The notes under the pieces are model-generated. The model searched no databases, was not told where the DNA came from, and saw nothing but the letters and a program-made list of their open reading frames with translations. The position numbers were made by a program, and so were the translations under genes. Of a DNA stretch of 7,356 nt, positions 1-4,983 are shown in pieces. This stretch comes from Candidatus Methanoperedens sp. (GTDB lineage: Archaea > Halobacteriota > Methanosarcinia > Methanosarcinales > Methanoperedenaceae), in NCBI GenBank assembly GCA_027460535.1, contig JAPZAR010000033.1:1-7356 (forward strand), in the 5' to 3' direction. How positions within the stretch are numbered: the stretch's first letter is position 1; each line of letters opens with the position of its first letter.

Positions 1-2
1 AT

Positions 3-62
3 GAGAGGGCAACAGGTTAATCTACGGGAACGGATCCCAAACGCAATGTTTGTTACCCTCTC
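3..62. repeat. Imperfect inverted repeat forming a long hairpin, followed by a second small hairpin at 64-81
   Basis: GAGAGGGCAACA (3-14) is complementary to TGTTACCCTCTC (51-62) at 11 of 12 positions, with a C10/A55 mismatch. The interior holds GGGA-N5-TCCC (26-38). Immediately after it comes ACCTAC-N6-GTAGGT (64-81). The structure touches the left window edge, so its context is incomplete and its function unknown. Confidence 0.5.
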
Positions 63-123
63 GACCTACTTTTATGTAGGTGCAAGAACGTTTTTATATT
101 TCTCGCATGGATGTTGTATATAC

Positions 124-143
124 GAACGCAGATGAACGCAGAT
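124..143. repeat. Perfect tandem duplication of the 10-mer GAACGCAGAT (2 copies)
   Basis: Read directly: GAACGCAGAT occupies 124-133 and 134-143. It is intergenic, downstream of the minus-strand gene that ends at 249. Confidence 0.6.
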
Positions 144-248
144 TTGTTGTCAGGTCTTATGAATAAAATTGGATAAGTTATTTTTCCGTGAACTCTAAGT
201 GTTCCTTTCAATCATATCGAATTCAATGCTGGTGCGGCGGGTTCTTAT

Positions 249-934
249 TTATTTTATCCTCTTGCTCGATTCCAGGCAATCCAGGTACATTCCCAACGAA
301 ATCAACGAGAGCGATGTTGAAGTAATATCCCCCCAATTACCTCGATTCTGTTTTTCCAGCAGCCATTTGATAGAGGGGCCGATCTCTTTCTCAATATCTC
401 TCTCCCCTGCCAGTATCAAAGCCTGTATGGCAAGGTTGCTGGTGGCGATATGGGTCCATCCTCCGAAAAGCCTTTTTGAAAGTATCCAGCCTGCCCTGTA
501 AGCGATGTTGTGCCCACGTGCTCCCATTTATCCCCGTAATTGTTCACCAGCCATTCGCATCCCGCCTCATTTTTTATTCCTGCATCCCCGAGAGCGATCA
601 ATGCATATGAGGTATCGATCTCGTTATTGTTCCAGTTATCTTTCTCCTGCTGCTCCTGTATCCACTTTATCGCATCGGATTGAATTATTCCGCATCCTGC
701 CAGCGCGATGCATGCCCTTGCCGTATCGAGAAGAGTCTTGTCCGTTTCCCAGAATGCGCCTTTTTTCAGGGACAACAGTATTTCAATCAGGTAAGCTGTG
801 TTCTCCTTCCACAGGGATAATGCCTGGATCGACCTGGAAAGGTCTTTAACTGTGACCGGATTCTGCCTTTTGAGCCATTCGATTCCTGCTGCAGAAGCAT
901 TATGAATATCTATTTCAATCATTTTTGTGAACAC
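249..934 (-). pseudogene. Prenyltransferase / squalene-hopene-cyclase-like (alpha/alpha-toroid) repeat protein, split over two overlapping frames (416-934 and 249-527)
   Basis: Both minus-strand ORFs carry the same periodic motif, W(L/I)xxxQ...(G/N)W...T(S)xxAxxAL..G. Examples are AIKWIQEQQEKDNWNNNEIDTSYALIALGDAG, AGWILSKRLFGGWTHIATSNLAIQALILAG and SIKWLLEKQNRGNWGDITSTSLSLISLG. This motif is typical of the prenyltransferase/terpenoid cyclase repeat superfamily. The repeat pattern passes from frame 1 to frame 2 around 495-530. The tail of ORF1 after that point is low-complexity, and ORF2 has a TAA directly upstream of its ATG at 527. The likely start is ATG at 922; the GTG at 934 is the ORF-track start. 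The cause is either a true frameshift or a sequencing indel. Confidence 0.55.
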
Positions 935-1020
935 TCTGGTTACCTGGCGGGCTATGCGATGTTAGCTTATGAATCAGATCAGAGAACGCGATCGTCGCAA
1001 AGATATTGCTCTGAATTATC

Positions 1021-1237
1021 ATTCATTGGTCATCGGTTAAGGAGTTTGATTGATTTAATGCATATCGTTTTTCGAAATGCGAAAGATAGTTATGATTCTC
1101 GATCCTTAGTTGAAATAGAACACGGATGGCACGGATTTGACGGATACCCACGTATATTTTATCATCCGTGCCAATCCGTGTTATCCGTGGAATCCGTGTT
1201 CCATCCCATTTTTTCTCTTAACCGATGACATATGAAT
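1021..1237. mobile_element. Candidate MITE-like non-autonomous element of about 217 bp with 21-bp terminal inverted repeats
   Basis: The left end ATTCATTGGTCATCGGTTAAG (1021-1041) matches the reverse complement of the right end, ATTCATATGTCATCGGTTAAG (1217-1237), at 19 of 21 positions, including a perfect 12-bp core TCATCGGTTAAG. TATC flanks both ends (1017-1020 and 1238-1241). An 11-mer, GAATTATCATT, occurs as a direct repeat at 1013-1023 and 1234-1244. There is no credible internal ORF. The segment is intergenic, about 22 bp from the aroA stop. Only one copy is visible, so mobility is unproven. Confidence 0.3.
1121..1198. repeat. Dyad-symmetric phased heptamer array: 4x CACGGAT-like followed by 4x ATCCGTG
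   Basis: Forward copies are CACGGAT 1121-1127, CACGGAT 1130-1136, GACGGAT 1139-1145 and CACGTAT 1149-1155. Reverse-complement copies ATCCGTG lie at 1164-1170, 1174-1180, 1183-1189 and 1192-1198. All four mirror pairs share the same axis at 1159.5, centred on the AT-rich ATTTTATC. Spacing is 9-10 bp. The 2-3 nt spacers (gg/tt/acc against cca/tt/ga) are not complementary to each other. Confidence 0.85.
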
Positions 1238-1259
1238 TATCATTATCCTTGTTTCCGTT

Positions 1260-2522
1260 TTATGAAACAACCGCGCCTATCTTCCTCAAATCCTCAAAGA
1301 AGCCCGGGTACGAGATGCTGACCGACTCAACCGTATCGATCACAGTGTCTCCTGCCACCATCCCTGCCACCGCCAGCGCCATCACGATGCGGTGATCGTC
1401 CCAGCCATGCACTTCCGTGCCTCTTAGAGGTCCGCCTCTGATCATAAGCTGGTCTTTTTCTTCCGTGATGTCCACGCCCATCTTTTTCAGCTCGACCGTC
1501 ATTGCATGCAGCCTGTCGGTTTCCTTGTATCTCACATGCTCTGCGTTCTCAATTATCATGGTTCCTTCCGCCGCTGCCCCCAGTACGGCCAGCGTGGGAA
1601 CAAGGTCCGGCGTTTTTCCGACATCGACGGTAATGCCTGTTAGCTCTCCCCTCCTCACCCTGACCACGCCTCTTTTCTCGTCCCACTCGACATTCGCTCC
1701 CATTTTCCCGAGTATCTCGATCAAGGCCGAATCACCCTGTTCTGAGGGGAAGAGGTTCTTGATGGTAACATCGCCGCACAGCGCTCCTGCTGCCATCATA
1801 TATGAAGCCGAGGAAAAATCCCCGGGAACATTATAAGAGCTCAAATTATACTCCTGTTGCGGCGGAATGGTGAAGGAGTTTGGACTATCGGTAATTATCT
1901 TGGCTCCCGCGCCTTTTAGCATGTCGATAGTGATATTGACATAAGGGCGGGATTTCAATTCACCCTTTATCAATATTTGGGTCTCACTATCTGAGAAAGG
2001 GCATGCTATGAGCAGCGCAGATATGAACTGGGAACTTATCGACCCGTCGATATAGACGCGTCCTCCCCGCATCCTTCCTCTCACCACAATGGGAGCCATG
2101 CCGTTGTTACGCGTGGAGAACGCCTCAGCGCCGAGACCGTTCAGAGCATTAAGCAGAGGCGTATTTGGCCTGGTCCTTATACTCGCATCACCTGTAAGCA
2201 CCGTGGCGCCCTTCACGAGCGAGGCCACCGCGGTCATAATGCGAAGAGTTGTGCCCGAGTTAGCAACATCGATCACATTGTCCGGGATTTTTAATTCCCC
2301 ATCGAATCCTTTGACAAGCAGTGCCTCTTTCCTTGATTCTATGCTTGCGCCAAATGCTTCCGATGCTCTTATCGTGGCCCGTGTATCTTCTGAGATCAGC
2401 GGATAATTTACAGTTACTTTTTTGGAGAGGGCAGCTATTGCTATAGCCCTGTGGGTATAGCTTTTTGAGGGCGGGGCGTTTACGGTCCCTTTTACTTCCG
2501 ATCTCTGGATGGTTAGTTTCAT
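1260..2522 (-). CDS. aroA: 3-phosphoshikimate 1-carboxyvinyltransferase (EPSP synthase)
   Basis: The ORF is about 420 aa. Its N-terminus MKLTIQRSEVKGTVNAPPSKSYTHRAIAIAAL carries the PPSKS.THR motif. It also has NSGTTLR, RPNTPLL, SSQFISALL and DHRIVMALAVAG, which together form the EPSP synthase signature. The ORF-track start at 2546 is a TTG; the first ATG, at 2522, gives the canonical N-terminus. Confidence 0.93.
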   Translation of the reverse strand: MKLTIQRSEVKGTVNAPPSKSYTHRAIAIAALSKKVTVNYPLISEDTRATIRASEAFGASIESRKEALLVKGFDGELKIPDNVIDVANSGTTLRIMTAVASLVKGATVLTGDASIRTRPNTPLLNALNGLGAEAFSTRNNGMAPIVVRGRMRGGRVYIDGSISSQFISALLIACPFSDSETQILIKGELKSRPYVNITIDMLKGAGAKIITDSPNSFTIPPQQEYNLSSYNVPGDFSSASYMMAAGALCGDVTIKNLFPSEQGDSALIEILGKMGANVEWDEKRGVVRVRRGELTGITVDVGKTPDLVPTLAVLGAAAEGTMIIENAEHVRYKETDRLHAMTVELKKMGVDITEEKDQLMIRGGPLRGTEVHGWDDHRIVMALAVAGMVAGDTVIDTVESVSISYPGFFEDLRKIGAVVS

Positions 2523-2647
2523 GCGGGTTGTTAATTGAAAATGCAACTATTTATTGATACTGATAGTATTGCTCCAAGCATCAAACTTGATATACCCTCC
2601 CGCAAATATTGCATCACCATGCAGAAAAGAAAGATGAAGGATATAAT
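2523..2647. promoter_or_regulatory. Divergent intergenic/promoter region between aroA and the coiled-coil gene
   Basis: The spacer is AT-rich with TATA-like segments: AATAAATA on the minus strand about 35 nt before the aroA ATG, and CTTGATATAC at 2586-2595 on the plus strand. An inverted repeat ATACT-N3-AGTAT lies at 2567-2579. An SD-like GAAGGA at 2636-2641 sits 6 nt before the TTG at 2648. No transcription start can be determined from sequence alone. Confidence 0.3.
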
Positions 2648-3907
2648 TTGAACTGGATTGAAAGGCTTTTTGGGAAAAAAGAATACACCTCCACCGAAGA
2701 GAAGTTCGATGAGCTTCCCTTATGGCTTGAGGCACAATCCAGGAAAATTTCCCAAGAAGTTGAAAAAGATGCAGCCTCGGTTTTTTCGGACATTGAAGCT
2801 GCACTCAGGAAAATCAAGAAAAGCACCGATTTGCTGGAGCAGGCAGAGCTGGAAGGTAGATTTCATCTTAAATTGGTGAAAATCGCAGCGACAAACCGGG
2901 ATAACATGATCAAGCAGATACGGATGCTTATAGAAAACATAGCAGTTCCCGATGCTGCTGATATCAAAACTATCCTTGCTTTCCATGAAAATGCCATGCA
3001 GACCCTGACCGTATGCCTCGAGAATATCATGAAAAGTTACCAGTATACCAAAATGGTGTTCCCGGAGGAGTCAAAAGATGTTATTGCGGATGTCAATGCA
3101 CTGGGAAGGCTCCTGAACCAGCTCATAGAACCCATAAATGAAAAAAAGAAGACAATCGATGCTTTTGATAATGCCTCCAATGCAATACGAACTATAAGAA
3201 ATCTGATCAAGGATATTGAAAAAGAGAAAAGAAAAATCAATGAAAGCGATGAAAAATTCTCTATTTTGAAAAAAGATATGGACGAAGCGCAAAAAGACCT
3301 TGCCGGGCTCAAGGAAAGTGAACAATGGGAACAATATCTCAACCACAGGAATGAACTTATGGAACTGGAAACTAAAGCCGAGAAAATCGAGTCAGAGATC
3401 AAAGTGCAGGTTTTGCCCCTGAATAAAGCCCTGGGCAGACTCAAGCAACTGAGCGATAGCGGTAGATACACCCTGGCCCCTGAAGTGAAAGAGGGTCTTC
3501 ATTCATGCCTGTTGGACCCGAAATGCGTTAATCCCGGATTTCTGGCCGAATTTAAAAAAATCGTTGAAAGCGACGCGCTGAGCCTTGCATCGGATAAACG
3601 GGATAAAATGCTTGAACAAATAAAGGTCGTTGAGGCATCGTTTGACCCCTATAAGAAAAAATATCAGGCTCTTGTAAAGGATATCGAGGCAAAAAAAAGT
3701 GAGATATCGAGACTCAATATAGCGGAGGAGGAAAAGAATTTTAACGAGAGGATCGCTATTTTGCGGGATAAGATAACTTTCGAAGAGAAGGAATTAGAAC
3801 TATCAAAAAAACATCTTGTTTCTTTTGAACATAATCTTGATTCAAAAAAACTGGAGTTACAGCAGATTATTTCGACAATTGATAGCAGGATGAAAATTGC
3901 GTTCTAA
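2648..3907 (+). CDS. Hypothetical all-alpha / coiled-coil protein of about 419 aa, function unknown
   Basis: This is a long uninterrupted ORF, 432 codons counted from the TTG at 2609. Composition is strongly K/E/L/I/D-rich, with heptad-like stretches such as IRNLIKDIEKEKRKINESDEKFSILKKDMDEAQKDLAGLKE and KITFEEKELELSKKHLVSFEHNLDSKKLELQQII. I see no Walker, TM, signal-peptide or metal-binding motifs. There is no in-frame ATG near the 5' end; the candidate starts are TTG at 2609 and TTG at 2648. I prefer 2648 because GAAGGA sits 6 nt upstream and the resulting N-terminus is MNWIERLFGKK. Confidence 0.75.
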   Translation: MNWIERLFGKKEYTSTEEKFDELPLWLEAQSRKISQEVEKDAASVFSDIEAALRKIKKSTDLLEQAELEGRFHLKLVKIAATNRDNMIKQIRMLIENIAVPDAADIKTILAFHENAMQTLTVCLENIMKSYQYTKMVFPEESKDVIADVNALGRLLNQLIEPINEKKKTIDAFDNASNAIRTIRNLIKDIEKEKRKINESDEKFSILKKDMDEAQKDLAGLKESEQWEQYLNHRNELMELETKAEKIESEIKVQVLPLNKALGRLKQLSDSGRYTLAPEVKEGLHSCLLDPKCVNPGFLAEFKKIVESDALSLASDKRDKMLEQIKVVEASFDPYKKKYQALVKDIEAKKSEISRLNIAEEEKNFNERIAILRDKITFEEKELELSKKHLVSFEHNLDSKKLELQQIISTIDSRMKIAF

Positions 3908-3926
3908 AATCACGCATTCAAGGTTT

Positions 3927-4712
3927 TTACAACCGTTCCTCCGCATACTCCACCGCATTCCTGAATATCGCAACACCTGCACCCTCCTCCGGCAGCTCCT
4001 CCCGGGTCCATGAGGGATGGTTCGTCCTGTGCGTGAAGGCTTCGGGATGCGGCATCATCCCGAAAACCCTGCCTGTCTCATCGCATATGGCAGCGATGCT
4101 GTCCACAGAGCCATTGGGATTATGGGGATATCCAGCAAAGTTCCCCTCTCTGTCTACATATTGTAATACCACATGGCTATTTTTTCTCAATCTAGCGAGA
4201 ACCTGCGGGCTTTTGACAATGAATTTTCCTTCGCCGTGGCGCACCGGGAGGTAGATGTTGCCAACTCCTTTCGTGAATACACATTTTGCCTCCGGATTTC
4301 CCTTGAGGTGAACCCATCTGTCCTCAAATCTTCCCGAATCATTGAACGTGAGCGTCACGTCCTGCGTAACGTAGTCCCCATCGAACGCGGGCAGCAGTCC
4401 CATCTTTACCATCGCCTGGAAGCCGTTGCAGATGCCAATGATCAATTTTCCGGAATCTATGAATTGCCCAAGCTGTTCTCCCAGATTATACTTGATCATG
4501 TTTGCAAGGACTTTTCCCGAGGCTATGTCATCCCCGAAAGAAAAACCCCCGGGGAGAGCAAGAATGTGGAAATCTGAAAGTTCCTTTGAACCGTTGATCA
4601 GGTCTGAAAGATGCACTCTCTCTGCATCGGCCCCAGCAAGTCGGAAAGCGTGGGCAAGCTCCATATCGCAGTTTATGCCGTAGCCCGTGAGAACGAGAAC
4701 TTTTGGAGTCAT
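3927..4712 (-). CDS. purQ: Phosphoribosylformylglycinamidine synthase, glutamine amidotransferase subunit (FGAM synthase I)
   Basis: The 261-aa ORF has a class-I glutamine amidotransferase layout. The N-terminus is VLVLTGYGINCDMELAHAF, the nucleophile elbow is GICNGFQ, and the catalytic His/Glu lie in MPHPE. The ATG start is preceded by AGGA (4718-4721 on the plus strand as TCCT) with 5-nt spacing. It converges with the upstream plus-strand gene, leaving a 19-nt gap. Confidence 0.9.
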   Translation of the reverse strand: MTPKVLVLTGYGINCDMELAHAFRLAGADAERVHLSDLINGSKELSDFHILALPGGFSFGDDIASGKVLANMIKYNLGEQLGQFIDSGKLIIGICNGFQAMVKMGLLPAFDGDYVTQDVTLTFNDSGRFEDRWVHLKGNPEAKCVFTKGVGNIYLPVRHGEGKFIVKSPQVLARLRKNSHVVLQYVDREGNFAGYPHNPNGSVDSIAAICDETGRVFGMMPHPEAFTHRTNHPSWTREELPEEGAGVAIFRNAVEYAEERL

Positions 4713-4810
4713 TTTATTCCTGAATTTTTAATTTTACTTATACTTGCTCAATCTGTTATAAGTTCAGTGGTTGCCAGTAGACATATATCACTTCAAAAAT
4801 ATTAATCTCG

Positions 4811-4960
4811 CGGCGCCGATATGTTCCCGAAGCAGCCTCACGGTCTATGAGATGGCGGGTTTACTCAGAATCAACAGCGGACTGATACGAACTCCGGTTG
4901 AGAGGGGATAGCGCTGGCGATGAAGGACACGGCGCGGGGCAGGCGGCGATGGGACGATAA
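4811..4960. other. GC-rich non-coding island in an otherwise AT-rich spacer; possible structured RNA or gene/integration remnant
   Basis: My hand count gives about 90 G+C in 150 nt (roughly 60%). The flanks at 4713-4800 and 4961-4983 are visibly AT-rich. The island contains the palindrome CGGCGCCG (4811-4818) and a repeated GGCGATG (4916-4922 and 4945-4951). Only short ORFs under 55 codons of unconvincing composition cross it. I could not recognise a cloverleaf or any known RNA family. Confidence 0.3.
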
Positions 4961-4983
4961 GAGTTTATCATATGGTTAAACAT

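Noticed and set aside
30-35. A single ACGGAT hexamer inside the left-edge hairpin, possibly related to the 1121-1198 array
   Set aside because: A 6-mer is expected by chance several times in about 7.4 kb of two-stranded sequence. No phased neighbours are present.
199-849. Plus-strand ORFs 199-501 and 505-849
   Set aside because: They lie entirely antisense to the repeat-bearing minus-strand gene. Their composition is low-complexity (S/L/P/R/C-rich) with no recognisable motifs, so they are shadow ORFs.
1121-1198. CRISPR array or replication origin as an explanation for the heptamer array
   Set aside because: The repeats are only 7 bp with 2-3 nt spacers and occur in both orientations, which is incompatible with CRISPR. 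For an archaeal origin, the blocks are far shorter than ORB or mini-ORB elements and the AT-rich core is only 8 bp. No orc1/cdc6 gene is adjacent in this window.
902-1228. Plus-strand ORF of 108 aa spanning the 935-1259 spacer
   Set aside because: Its 5' end overlaps the start of the opposite-strand gene. Its C-terminal half is just the translation of the heptamer repeats (HGWHGFDGYP..., SVLSVESVFHP) and the TIR. The openness of the frame is explained by DNA-level repeats, not by coding.
1417-2406. Plus-strand ORFs 1417-1836 and 2089-2406
   Set aside because: They are antisense to the well-supported aroA. They are S/P/T/A-rich, as expected of shadow frames opposite a GC-richer gene.
2523-2546. 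N-terminal extension of aroA from the TTG at 2546 (MHFQLTTR...)
   Set aside because: The first ATG, at 2522, yields the canonical EPSP synthase N-terminus MKLTIQ.... The eight extra residues have no counterpart that I recognise.
2547-3471. Minus-strand and alternate-frame ORFs overlapping the coiled-coil gene (2547-2804, 2614-2826, 2658-2879, 2720-2986, 3037-3471, 3071-3346)
   Set aside because: All are nested in or antisense to the much longer 2609-3907 frame. Their S/F/L-rich, low-complexity sequences are typical of the complement of a K/E-rich gene.
3927-4712. purQ standing alone without purS or purL as an anomaly
   Set aside because: Scattered purine biosynthesis genes are ordinary in archaeal genomes. 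The 261-aa length is within the range of stand-alone FGAM synthase I proteins, so this is not informative.
4033-4805. Plus-strand ORFs 4033-4254, 4173-4577, 4426-4683 and 4611-4805
   Set aside because: They are antisense to purQ, which has a clear catalytic-triad signature. None has any motif of its own.
4828-4837. Resemblance of CGAAGCAGCC to the conserved SRP RNA helix-8 segment (GGAAGCAGCC)
   Set aside because: Only a match of about 8 nt is present. The required GNRA tetraloop and the complementary 5' strand of helix 8 are absent, and the GC-rich block is far shorter than an archaeal SRP RNA.
4811-4960. tRNA gene or tRNA-derived att site next to the R-M locus
   Set aside because: I searched both strands for a GTTCRANYC-type T-loop with a 5-bp stem, a D-arm and a 7-bp acceptor pairing. 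Only a weak CGGA...TCCG stem with an 11-nt loop (about 4878-4896) was found, and no cloverleaf can be drawn.
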